Part shown: positions 8,480-17,338 of the stretch, piece by piece
How positions within the stretch are numbered: position 1 is the first letter of the stretch
How the letters are laid out: every line of letters begins with the position of its first letter
DNA from: a virus
Taxonomy: Duplodnaviria > Caudoviricetes
Length of the DNA stretch: 30,744 nucleotides
IMG/VR virus record: IMGVR_UViG_3300032227_000555
Coordinates: 1-30,744 of that record
Direction: 5' to 3' (one strand)
Position numbers and translations under genes: made by a program
The notes under the pieces: generated by a model
Seen by the model: the letters and a program-made list of their open reading frames with translations, nothing else
What the model was told of the DNA's origin: nothing
The model's database searches: none

Positions 8480-8684
8480 CTTGCATTTGTTTAGCTATTA
8501 ACGCAACCTCTGCCATTACTTCAGGATATTTTACATATCCTTCACCTTTATTTCTTGTGTTCCAATACACAACTTGCTGGACATTTAAAACATTCCATTC
8601 TCTTGCTGAAAAAGGTAATATACCTTTCTTATTTAAGCTATCGGCAACTGCCTGGTGAATATTCATTTTTTTGATCTTTATCAT
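8454..8684 (-). CDS. Hypothetical protein, possibly DNA-binding
   Basis: VADSLNKKGILP...W..LNVQQV resembles a small HTH/recombinase-type fold. Confidence 0.45.
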   Translation of the reverse strand: MIKIKKMNIHQAVADSLNKKGILPFSAREWNVLNVQQVVYWNTRNKGEGYVKYPEVMAEVALIAKQMQDEKAREVQ

Positions 8685-8686
8685 AA

Positions 8687-8878
8687 TTAATTTTTATTTA
8701 GTTCTCTTTCCATTTCTTCGGTAATGATTAGATACTCTTCGTATTCTTCTAATTCATTCCATTTCCTTTTTGCTTTCAAGTATGGTTCAATTTCATCTTC
8801 CGAAAATGTTTTCTTTTCGCAAAATCTTGATCTATCAAATAAATCAATCCACCGAAATAAATAGGTTTTCTTTTTCAT
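8687..8878 (-). CDS. Hypothetical protein
   Basis: 63-aa ORF, tight packing. Confidence 0.55.
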   Translation of the reverse strand: MKKKTYLFRWIDLFDRSRFCEKKTFSEDEIEPYLKAKRKWNELEEYEEYLIITEEMERELNKN

Positions 8879-8880
8879 AT

Positions 8881-9126
8881 CTAAAAAGGTAAATCTTTGA
8901 TGTCTTTTACAGGCATTGATTTTCCAATCTTAAAGTTGCCCAAGATTGGCGCATTCTTTTCAGGAGTTTTAACACCATCTTGAGTGATGAAACCAAAGTT
9001 CCCATAATTGTCAGGATCTTCTTTAAGAAATCCTGAAATGTTAAGGTATGTACCTTTCTTACCTTTGTAAAATTTTGACTCATCTAATAAGTCGACATTG
9101 ATTGAAATTGAAACTAACTTGCTCAT
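8881..9126 (-). CDS. Putative single-stranded DNA-binding protein
   Basis: Beta-rich, C-terminal DLPF tail, follows ERF. Confidence 0.55.
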   Translation of the reverse strand: MSKLVSISINVDLLDESKFYKGKKGTYLNISGFLKEDPDNYGNFGFITQDGVKTPEKNAPILGNFKIGKSMPVKDIKDLPF

Positions 9127-9130
9127 TTGA

Positions 9131-9703
9131 TTATTGATTAATTGTGAAACTTAATTTTTTAGTACTTAATAAAGGTAAAATATTTGGATTTGATTGAATG
9201 TCAGCTAAATTATCATTGTAAAATGACATACATCCTTCAATTGAATCAAGACTATCAATTATAGTCTTATAATATTGTAATGGCTTATTAGTTACTTGAA
9301 TAACTTTATGCTCATCTTTTCCGTGAGTATTGGTAGCATCTGAATCCTTAGTGTCATCGAGTGCAAATAATCCGTTAAGTGCATATTTTCTAGCATAACT
9401 TGAACAGGCTCCAGTTACCTGACTCCCATCCATTCCTTTCTTACTTTCTTCTTCTCTTGCATATCCTTCCGTTATCCACGTTTCCTTACCATTTGAAAGA
9501 ATAGCAGTAGCTTTGATGTAATATCTATCTCCAACGTTAATTATCGTGTCGGAAATTGTAATATAATAACCCATAGGATTAATTATTTGCTTGACTGCTT
9601 CAAGAATATCCTCTGCACTACGATAGTTATATTTACCGAATGAATTAAATTGTCCTTTAGGTGCTTTAACCTTTGCTTGAATTTCTGCTAATTTGTTTTC
9701 CAT
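9131..9703 (-). CDS. erf: ERF-family ssDNA annealing protein
   Basis: APKGQFNSFGKYNYRSAEDIL; GMDGSQVTGACSSYARKYALNGLFALDD.KDSD. Confidence 0.93.
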   Translation of the reverse strand: MENKLAEIQAKVKAPKGQFNSFGKYNYRSAEDILEAVKQIINPMGYYITISDTIINVGDRYYIKATAILSNGKETWITEGYAREEESKKGMDGSQVTGACSSYARKYALNGLFALDDTKDSDATNTHGKDEHKVIQVTNKPLQYYKTIIDSLDSIEGCMSFYNDNLADIQSNPNILPLLSTKKLSFTINQ

Positions 9704-9704
9704 G

Positions 9705-9851
9705 TTAGTCTTGGTTTAACTCTATAAATTTTGATTTGTAAACTCTTTCTTCTCGATATACTTTAGACCAAAAGTCTTCGAACCCCTCGCAATACCAAGT
9801 ACAATGATAATACCCAGCTTCATCTTGAAATTTTGCTTTATACTTATACAT
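9705..9851 (-). CDS. Hypothetical protein (48 aa)
   Basis: Likely start MYKYKAKFQ at 9851. Confidence 0.5.
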   Translation of the reverse strand: MYKYKAKFQDEAGYYHCTWYCEGFEDFWSKVYREERVYKSKFIELNQD

Positions 9852-9978
9852 GACCTGTGATGATTGGGATGATGTGACAATACATAATATAAATAAAAAT
9901 GGTGATGGCAATCATACCATACAATCCTTCTGGATCTTGTTGATGAAATTCTTTGAAAAATTTAATGATCTTTCTCAT
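9844..9978 (-). CDS. Small membrane protein (44 aa, not in ORF track)
   Basis: MRKIIKFFKEFHQQDPEGLYGMIAITIFIYIMYCHIIPIITGHV. Confidence 0.55.
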   Translation of the reverse strand: MRKIIKFFKEFHQQDPEGLYGMIAITIFIYIMYCHIIPIITGHV

Positions 9979-9979
9979 G

Positions 9980-10162
9980 TTAGTAATTGCGTTTAGTTTT
10001 GATTTTTACAATGTCTAAATGAGATGTGTTAGCCAATAGATTATTAGCAATTTTTATAGCATCTTGCTTGCTCCAGCAGTTTTTAACTACTGACGTAATT
10101 TCATTTCCAAATTTGTCTTGGAATGAGAATAAATAAGCATACTCTTTTGGTAAATTTGTCAT
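9980..10162 (-). CDS. Early hypothetical protein (60 aa)
   Basis: Likely start MTNLPKEY; shares its start context with the gene starting at 10580. Confidence 0.6.
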   Translation of the reverse strand: MTNLPKEYAYLFSFQDKFGNEITSVVKNCWSKQDAIKIANNLLANTSHLDIVKIKTKRNY

Positions 10163-10214
10163 TTTTTGTTGGTTTAAGATTGCCGAAGAATCCGCTCCGG
10201 CTCGGGTTTTATTA

Positions 10215-10580
10215 TTAAATATTAAAATAGACACTTGCAAAAACTAATCCTTGCATTGACATCCATTTTGCTAAATCTAACTCAGATTTTGATTTTGAAA
10301 TTTTAACTGGATATTCTGATAATTCATTGTTTTTAAAAGTAAATGATTTTAATCCTCCATTATCTATGCAATTAAAATATTCCATTTTTTTAATTGAATT
10401 AATTCCATTTGAATTATAAATAGAATAAACCTCATTTTCAAACTCGTAAAATTTAACATTAGTAAACCAGTTTGTTAATTGAGTAATTTGTTTCTTCCAT
10501 TCGTATGGATTGTAATCATTTCTTGAATGATTAATAGCTTGTTCTGTTGTGATTTCAGTTAATTTGATTGAATTTGTCAT
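10215..10580 (-). CDS. First early gene, hypothetical
   Basis: 121 aa downstream of a TATATTTG promoter element. Confidence 0.65.
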   Translation of the reverse strand: MTNSIKLTEITTEQAINHSRNDYNPYEWKKQITQLTNWFTNVKFYEFENEVYSIYNSNGINSIKKMEYFNCIDNGGLKSFTFKNNELSEYPVKISKSKSELDLAKWMSMQGLVFASVYFNI

Positions 10581-10620
10581 TTTTTGATTGGTTTAAGTTT
10601 ATTATTTGTTTTTGTTGAGA

Positions 10621-10628
10621 CAAATATA
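10621..10628 (-). promoter_or_regulatory. Early promoter -7 element TATATTTG
   Basis: TAnnTTTG consensus 40 bp upstream of the first early gene, with an AT-only region upstream. Confidence 0.65.
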
Positions 10629-10688
10629 TAACTAATATTTTAAATAAAAAAATTTTATATAAAATTATTTTAATTATTTATTTGGCAT

Positions 10689-10721
10689 AAAAAAATCCCC
10701 ATCGGTAAGACCAATGAGGAA
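10689..10721 (-). terminator. Intrinsic terminator ending the late/lysis region
   Basis: UCCUCAUUGGU-CUU-ACCGAUGGGGA followed by U7. Confidence 0.8.
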
Positions 10722-10772
10722 ATTAAGACCAAACTAAAACCCTTTAACCTATTATGAAAATCAAATATAATA

Positions 10773-11768
10773 CTAATTTACAATTTTACCATCTCTAATC
10801 TGAATATTATTTACTTTACTTTTTCCGTTTATAATTTCAACAATTGCAAAACCATGATTGTGATGTGAGAATGGCATATATTTAGGACTTAATAATGTCA
10901 AACATCCAGTAGTATAAGTATTAATAAATTGCTTCATACTTGTTTTACGTTGAGTCATACTGGTCCTATGAACATGACCAATAAGAGTATTACATAAAGT
11001 TTTATTAAAAAGGTTTTGTGATGGATTAATACCTCCAGCACCATACCATTCATGACCATGCCCAACTAATAGATCTCCCATTTCCATTCCTTGCCAATCC
11101 TCAATCATTGTAATACCTAATTTATCTAACCTAAAAAATACATCAAATTGTAAATCATGTATTTGCGCAAATTCTTCAGCTTGCAATTGTAAAGACCTCG
11201 CAAATCTATTTTCATGGTTACCTAACTTATAATAAATTGGAATGTTTCTAAATATATCTCTTAATCTCTGCAAGAAATCTCTATTCATATCTACTTCCCT
11301 TTTAAAATCACGCATATCCTTTTCTTTTTCATGTCGTGAAATAGAATAAAAATCTTGAATATCGCCATTTAAATATAAGCAATCAATCTCTTGATCCTTT
11401 AAATGCTTAATAGCACAGGTAAGCGCAGTAAGATCATGGTAAGGAAAATGTATATCAGATAATATTCCAATCTTTTTTAGATTACTCGGTAGTTTAGCAG
11501 AAACATATTCTTTGCCAATGCTTGCTTCTATCCCAAAATTATCAAGTGTTTCAAGATTATAATTTACGACTACTGGTGGCAATTCTAGGTTAATTGATTG
11601 TGCTGATCTTTCTTTTGTTAAAATTCCATTAGCAATCATATACTTTCTTAAAGAATCCCAAGATTGATACCCATACATGGTATGGAATGTATTATAAAAA
11701 TCTTTGTTAGTCATATTAGTGGAGTAGAAATGCTCCCTAATCTTTGTGACTTTATCGGCTTTGTTCAT
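10773..11768 (-). CDS. Calcineurin-like metallophosphoesterase
   Basis: SDIH, LNGD, LGNHE, GHGH and GHVH motifs. Confidence 0.9.
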   Translation of the reverse strand: MNKADKVTKIREHFYSTNMTNKDFYNTFHTMYGYQSWDSLRKYMIANGILTKERSAQSINLELPPVVVNYNLETLDNFGIEASIGKEYVSAKLPSNLKKIGILSDIHFPYHDLTALTCAIKHLKDQEIDCLYLNGDIQDFYSISRHEKEKDMRDFKREVDMNRDFLQRLRDIFRNIPIYYKLGNHENRFARSLQLQAEEFAQIHDLQFDVFFRLDKLGITMIEDWQGMEMGDLLVGHGHEWYGAGGINPSQNLFNKTLCNTLIGHVHRTSMTQRKTSMKQFINTYTTGCLTLLSPKYMPFSHHNHGFAIVEIINGKSKVNNIQIRDGKIVN

Positions 11769-11943
11769 ATTCTTCCATTAAAGTGTCAACAAGAAATTCG
11801 ATATTATTTAAAATCTTCATTCGTAAACCATAGGCCACATCATCTATGTACTCTATGTTCTGCATCACATCCATCATCGTTTCCAATAAATCAGATGTTT
11901 TGGTCCTTCTATTTTCTAATTGTTCAATTGTTTTTGATCCCAT
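11752..11943 (-). CDS. Hypothetical acidic helical protein
   Basis: 63 aa with overlaps on both sides. Confidence 0.55.
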   Translation of the reverse strand: MGSKTIEQLENRRTKTSDLLETMMDVMQNIEYIDDVAYGLRMKILNNIEFLVDTLMEEYEQSR

Positions 11944-12383
11944 TAATAGAAAAATTTAAAATATATCCAAACAGAAATTAACAAACCTTGAATTAGCATA
12001 ATAATTATGGCCCATGTTGGAACAACTTCCCTTACAATTCTTTCAAAAGTTATGTGCTGGTTATCTTTTAATCTTGATTGATATTGTTTTTCATAGATAT
12101 TCTTAATTGAATCTATATCAATTGTGGCTTTAATATTTCCCTTGTAAGACCTTATAATTATGCGACCTTGTGGAATGCTTATCTTTGAATAAAATCGTGT
12201 CAGAATGCCCGAAGAATCACACGGATTCTCAACTATTAAAGTGTCTTTGATACTATTATAAATATGAACTATCTTTTCAGTTCTAAAAGTATCTACTTTA
12301 ATAATAGTTTTTTGATTTTCTACCTTGCTAGTTTTACAAGATATAATAGCAAAAATTAATAATAGAAATATTAAATTTTTCAT
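11943..12383 (-). CDS. Lipoprotein with C-terminal TM helix; putative unimolecular spanin
   Basis: Signal peptide with IISC lipobox, C-terminal hydrophobic helix, follows the endolysin. Confidence 0.6.
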   Translation of the reverse strand: MKNLIFLLLIFAIISCKTSKVENQKTIIKVDTFRTEKIVHIYNSIKDTLIVENPCDSSGILTRFYSKISIPQGRIIIRSYKGNIKATIDIDSIKNIYEKQYQSRLKDNQHITFERIVREVVPTWAIIIMLIQGLLISVWIYFKFFY

Positions 12384-12826
12384 GAGAAATAAAGTTTAGA
12401 TTCTGCTTGTCTTCGTAAAGTTAATCCTTTTACTGGAACTCCCTTGACTTTGTTCCAAATAAGAAATTGGCTCTCTATAAATTTATCATTGGGATCAGCA
12501 TTTACTTTTTTAAGTAATGTGCTATTTTTTAAGGCTCCGGTACCTACATTATAGGCAAATGAAACAAGTGCATCAAATTGTTCTTGTGTAATATCATCCC
12601 TTGTAAATGAGTCCACAGATGCTTCGTAATGCTTTAATACATTTAAGAATATTTCTGTGGCTCTTGCTTGGCTAACTTCAGGGTCTGTCATCTTTACCTT
12701 TGTACCATCTTCATAATAGGTGCAACCTATTGAAATAGTGGCAATCCCTGCTGGACATAAGTAAGGTTTTAATTTAATTCCCTCAAATTGCTTTAGTAGG
12801 TCGAGTCCTTTTTGGCTTATCTTCAT
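12380..12826 (-). CDS. Endolysin, GH24 phage lysozyme
   Basis: FEG..LKPYLCPAGIATISIG, FDALVSFAYNVG, GLTLRRQAE. Confidence 0.95.
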   Translation of the reverse strand: MKISQKGLDLLKQFEGIKLKPYLCPAGIATISIGCTYYEDGTKVKMTDPEVSQARATEIFLNVLKHYEASVDSFTRDDITQEQFDALVSFAYNVGTGALKNSTLLKKVNADPNDKFIESQFLIWNKVKGVPVKGLTLRRQAESKLYFS

Positions 12827-13088
12827 CCAACTTGCTTCTTAACTCTATATTTTCTGTTCTTAAATTATGAATTTCGGTAGTCAAAGTTTCGACCTTGATT
12901 TTTAATTCGGCAACTTCTTGTTTCATATCGTTTGCCATTTCTCGCCATATTTTAATGGCTTCTTGGACATTAGTAATCTCACCTGCTTCAACTTCCACCT
13001 GTGCTTTTTTTCTACCAAAAATCCAAGTAATTACAGATGCAAAAAATGCAGTTAATGTAGGCAAAATTACTTCGTTCCAATTTTCCAT
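12783..13088 (-). CDS. Putative holin (N-terminal TM plus coiled coil)
   Basis: Single TM segment, then heptad repeats; directly upstream of the endolysin. Confidence 0.55.
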   Translation of the reverse strand: MENWNEVILPTLTAFFASVITWIFGRKKAQVEVEAGEITNVQEAIKIWREMANDMKQEVAELKIKVETLTTEIHNLRTENIELRSKLDEDKPKRTRPTKAI

Positions 13089-13444
13089 TATTGTGCTAAT
13101 TGTTCTAAATATGCTTGCTCATAATCTATATCAATTGAGGCACCAAAAGAATGAATGCCAACTGGTGTACACCATATTTTGTATGGTTCAAATGATGATA
13201 ATTCATTTTCTTGCCAAAGAATATCAACGGAATATTTATCAGAAAAAACCGCAGGTTTAACGATATTCATTAAATCATCAAAAATTGGATCTTCTAATAA
13301 TATATAACCTATTTCTACAACTGAAACAATAATGTCTTTATTGTAACCTATTATTGTGTCATCTCCTAATTGATGGGAAATTTCTAAATCTGTTTTTAAT
13401 TCCGCCCACTTTGTAGGCTCAAATTCGTATTTTCTAAATTTCAT
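13088..13444 (-). CDS. Hypothetical protein downstream of the fibre gene (possible chaperone/accessory)
   Basis: 118-aa acidic protein with YSVDILW and GIHSFG. Confidence 0.5.
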   Translation of the reverse strand: MKFRKYEFEPTKWAELKTDLEISHQLGDDTIIGYNKDIIVSVVEIGYILLEDPIFDDLMNIVKPAVFSDKYSVDILWQENELSSFEPYKIWCTPVGIHSFGASIDIDYEQAYLEQLAQ

Positions 13445-13445
13445 T

Positions 13446-14669
13446 TTATTGTTGTGATAATGTGATACATTCTGAATTTGTCAAAGCCGTTTTCCAAATA
13501 GCTAATTTATCAAATTTAATATTAGTACTATTTTGCCACCAAATTCCAAAAGTTACTAAATTTAATGCAACAAATGTTCTTCCTGCTTCTGTTCCAACTA
13601 AAACACCATTTACAAATAATCTTGTGGATGTCGCTGAATAAGATAATACATAAGTATTTAAACCTAAATAATTTGGTAGTGTGTAATTTATATCAGTATA
13701 ACCTCCAACACCTAAAAATCTAAATTGAATTTGAGTAGAATTTATATTTTGAATATTAATTTTATTAGCATCTGAATTATCAGATATATTTAATAAAATA
13801 ACTTCTTTAGTATTTACAAATTGCGCTTTAAATAAAATTGTTCCTTGAGTTAAACCTAATAATGAAGAAATTGAACCTTTTGATATTGCATCTCCATTTC
13901 TTGTAACAGTTGCACTTGTGGTAGGAATATAAGATGATGCAGATTCACCTGCTTCAACTTGAGCGCCCCAAATATAATATTGTTCTGTTCCTAATGGATT
14001 TGATGTAACTAAACCATTTGAATTTACATAGGCAATATCAAATACACTACTTGTGGCTAATGCTGATCCTGTAATGCTTAACCTTACCCAACCATTTGCA
14101 TAATTTTGTATTTTAATTGGATAAACTGAATTATTTGTATTAGTTACTGTATTTGTATCAAAATCATATAAATTATATAATGTTCCACTTGTATAAATAA
14201 ATCTAAAACCTACATATCTATAATTTGATTTTTTAACAAAAATAGAAGCCGTATAAACCGTTGCTATTGTTAGATTTACACTACCTCTTATTAATGAATA
14301 ATTAGCTGCATTAGTAGTATTTAATGTATCTGCATTACTTGTACCATCAGGCGAAACAACAGTATTTGAAGTTAATGTACTCGATGATTTATCCCAATAA
14401 GCATTGTCAAACTCACTACTTCTAATTATTAAATTTGTTCTTTGTGGCTCAATCAAAACTTTAGGACAACTTCCATCTGTATAATCTAATCTTGGCTTGT
14501 TAGCTAAAACCGTTTCAATTACACCGCTAGAATTTACTCTTGTAGCCGTATCGCCTGCTCTTGATACACTAAAATCACCTGATCCATCAGCTGGAATAAG
14601 TGAATATAATTTTGATGCTTTATATCCATTAGCTGTAACAACCAATGAAGCACTATCTAATAAATTCAT
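13446..14669 (-). CDS. Virion fibre/spike protein with carbohydrate-binding and LamG/ConA-like domains
   Basis: SRAGDTATRVNSSG...PRLDY...LIEPQRTNL; WGAQVEAG...SYIPTT..TVTR; LFVNGVLVG; ALTNSECITLS. Confidence 0.7.
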   Translation of the reverse strand: MNLLDSASLVVTANGYKASKLYSLIPADGSGDFSVSRAGDTATRVNSSGVIETVLANKPRLDYTDGSCPKVLIEPQRTNLIIRSSEFDNAYWDKSSSTLTSNTVVSPDGTSNADTLNTTNAANYSLIRGSVNLTIATVYTASIFVKKSNYRYVGFRFIYTSGTLYNLYDFDTNTVTNTNNSVYPIKIQNYANGWVRLSITGSALATSSVFDIAYVNSNGLVTSNPLGTEQYYIWGAQVEAGESASSYIPTTSATVTRNGDAISKGSISSLLGLTQGTILFKAQFVNTKEVILLNISDNSDANKINIQNINSTQIQFRFLGVGGYTDINYTLPNYLGLNTYVLSYSATSTRLFVNGVLVGTEAGRTFVALNLVTFGIWWQNSTNIKFDKLAIWKTALTNSECITLSQQ

Positions 14670-14675
14670 ATTTTT

Positions 14676-15029
14676 TTATGTTAAATTATTACAAAAATTA
14701 ATTAAGCAATTATCTGCTTCATATTGTCCACTATCTAATCCTACTCGACCTTGAAATACAATATTTAATGCAGCACCATTAGACAATTCACCATTTATAA
14801 AATTATAAACGCATGAATAAGATTCAAATGTTCCTGAATCTGTTGTAACCCTTGATTGAAATGAATCAACAAAAGTTTTAATATAAAGCAATCCACCAAT
14901 AATATCTGTTTGGCCTGCATAGGCAAGTTGATGTGCATAACCCCAACCTATATTGTTATTAGTAGCACCTTGACCCCATCCAATTTCATTATTAGATGCA
15001 CCTAAACCCCAACCTATACTATTTGCCAT
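14676..15029 (-). CDS. Small structural protein with N.IGWG repeats (possible fibre base)
   Basis: Three NxIGWG repeats and two F..RV..DSG..E...C motifs. Confidence 0.55.
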   Translation of the reverse strand: MANSIGWGLGASNNEIGWGQGATNNNIGWGYAHQLAYAGQTDIIGGLLYIKTFVDSFQSRVTTDSGTFESYSCVYNFINGELSNGAALNIVFQGRVGLDSGQYEADNCLINFCNNLT

Positions 15030-15082
15030 CTTCTAACTTGTTTAAATAAATCTTTAATTTTTTAATATTTTCGGCTTTTGGT

Positions 15083-15583
15083 TTATAGGACCCAGCCAAC
15101 AAAATCACTTTCTTTGCTTGGGAATATATCTGCATTGCTATTAGTATTATATTCAGGAAATAAATTATTATTAAAACTCATGTAGTCTATAAATCTTCTT
15201 GTATAATTTTGGGCAATTGATCTTTCCTTTTCTACTAAAAAATCAATTTCCGATTTATCAACATTTTGACTATTTTCACTTCCATGCTTATAAATTCCTT
15301 TGTTAGCAATTGTATAAGCTGCAAATGGTAAGTATTCAACCATTGACCAATGTATCAACATAGGTTTGATATATACGTTTAAAAGCATTAAATAATTACC
15401 GCTTAATGTGTTAGAAACTAAATCATTATTTATTTTAGTGAATAATTTTGTACCCAAATAACTTTGAATATGTATGTCTTGCGCTAATTTAATCCATTGG
15501 ACAAAATTATCTGTGTCAATGTTTCCATTTAACGCAGTAAACTTTATAATCTCATCTCTACTTATAAATAATGCAGTTGCCAT
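15083..15583 (-). CDS. Putative head-tail adaptor/connector
   Basis: Helical 166 aa with AQDIHIQSYLGTKLF; directly after the portal gene. Confidence 0.65.
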   Translation of the reverse strand: MATALFISRDEIIKFTALNGNIDTDNFVQWIKLAQDIHIQSYLGTKLFTKINNDLVSNTLSGNYLMLLNVYIKPMLIHWSMVEYLPFAAYTIANKGIYKHGSENSQNVDKSEIDFLVEKERSIAQNYTRRFIDYMSFNNNLFPEYNTNSNADIFPSKESDFVGWVL

Positions 15584-15586
15584 ATC

Positions 15587-17338
15587 TTATTTTGGTAAAA
15601 ATCCTTTATTTGGCATATCAATTGGTCTTGTATAAACTAATTTGTTATTAGTTGGCAATATCTCACCTTTTTTTCTTGCCTCCGCTGGAGTTACTTCCAC
15701 AGATCCTTTTCTTCTTGGATCTATAAATCTTTTATAAGTTTCCCTTGTCCAAAAATGATGACAGGCTCCTCCACCTTTATAAAGGAATATGTCATAAGTA
15801 TCTGCACCTTTAGGACCAAATCCTTCATTTACAGGACTTTGACTCATCCTCATTATATCTTCTTTGCGATATAATTTATTTGCAGCAGTCATTTTCTTAC
15901 AAAATAATCTACTTTTTTCAGTTGTTTCACCCGAATATCTATATCTTGATTGAAATAATTTACCATCTTGTTCCGAACCGATATTTGGCCTTGCAACTCC
16001 AGTACTTACAAATTCATAAATCTTTGACATTAATGATTTTTTAGGGTTGTTTAATGCCTCTAATTCTGCATCTAATCTTGCTTCCGTTTCTAAATCATCA
16101 ACCCTTCTCGAATCAATTAATTCCCATTCGTTTAAATCAATATCCTCGCCAAATTCTTCGACATTTAATTCATCAATATGAGATGATAAAGCAACTCCAG
16201 TTTTTTCTTGTACTTGTTCTGCACTTACATTTGGATTTAAATCAATAAACTCCAAAGGTTGCAAGGTCTTAAAATATAGATTTAAACTGATTTTGTTGTA
16301 AGCTAAAACTTTGTCAATACCATCAATAAAAGTATCTTGAAAATACCTTATAACCATGTTATCAAATAAAGTAATTGCATTCTTTAACTCATCAGCATTA
16401 GAACTAAATCCATTTGAACTTGGTATTCCAAATTGTAAACCACTTACAACACCATGACCTAATAATATTTTAGATCTTGATTCCTCTGACAAATATTCAT
16501 AATGCTTTGGTGCTTCATTTAAAGGAACAGAATCTAATGTAGTTTTTTTCGTTTCATCATTGTTAAATGATACCACTACCTTTTTACCTTTGGACCCGGT
16601 TAATGTTGATGTAACTTGTCTTGATATTAATTCCCTTTTTTCCTCATCAGGAATCCCATTATTAAAGTTAATTATGCTTGTTGGACTAAATCCATTTTGC
16701 ACATCGTTAATCAAATAATCGGCTATTTCTTCTTCCAATTTAGCATAAGGAATGCAACCAATATAGTCAACATTGCTATAATATTTTTGGCCAACCGTAT
16801 AATTACCAACATAAAGAATTTCTAATGTCTTATCTCCAAATCCAAAAGCACTTAATCTTTTAGGAACAAAGTTTTTAGTATCTTCCCAATTATCGCAATA
16901 ATAATAGGCTTCAATTTCTCCTTTAGAATTACATTTTTCTGCTCTTAATAATTGTACTGGTATGTGTTCAACTCTAACAATTTCAGTCTTTTGCTTGTTG
17001 TATATTAATTGAAATGCAAATTGGCCCAATAATTTTAAATCAGATATTCCTTTCTTTATAACATCCTTTCTAAATAACATTATCATCTGTGCATATTCAT
17101 TCGGCTTCTTATTTGAATCCGTTGCATCTAAGCCACGACCATATATTAATTTAACAATGTTGTTAATTACAGAATTATTAGTCGTTGATCCGTTATATCG
17201 ATCAATTAAAAATTGAAAAAAGTTGTTATTTTCTCCAAATTCCACCCAATTATCACGCTTAGACTCAACAATTTTAGGTTGTGAATATGCTTCTAATTGA
17301 ATAAAATGTAAACCACTATTTTCCTTCTTTTTAATCAT
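15587..17338 (-). CDS. Portal protein with C-terminal Cys/His domain
   Basis: About 370-aa portal-like core (LINDVQNGFSP, ILLGHGVVSGLQFGI) plus an approximately 200-aa extension. Confidence 0.8.
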   Translation of the reverse strand: MIKKKENSGLHFIQLEAYSQPKIVESKRDNWVEFGENNNFFQFLIDRYNGSTTNNSVINNIVKLIYGRGLDATDSNKKPNEYAQMIMLFRKDVIKKGISDLKLLGQFAFQLIYNKQKTEIVRVEHIPVQLLRAEKCNSKGEIEAYYYCDNWEDTKNFVPKRLSAFGFGDKTLEILYVGNYTVGQKYYSNVDYIGCIPYAKLEEEIADYLINDVQNGFSPTSIINFNNGIPDEEKRELISRQVTSTLTGSKGKKVVVSFNNDETKKTTLDSVPLNEAPKHYEYLSEESRSKILLGHGVVSGLQFGIPSSNGFSSNADELKNAITLFDNMVIRYFQDTFIDGIDKVLAYNKISLNLYFKTLQPLEFIDLNPNVSAEQVQEKTGVALSSHIDELNVEEFGEDIDLNEWELIDSRRVDDLETEARLDAELEALNNPKKSLMSKIYEFVSTGVARPNIGSEQDGKLFQSRYRYSGETTEKSRLFCKKMTAANKLYRKEDIMRMSQSPVNEGFGPKGADTYDIFLYKGGGACHHFWTRETYKRFIDPRRKGSVEVTPAEARKKGEILPTNNKLVYTRPIDMPNKGFLPK

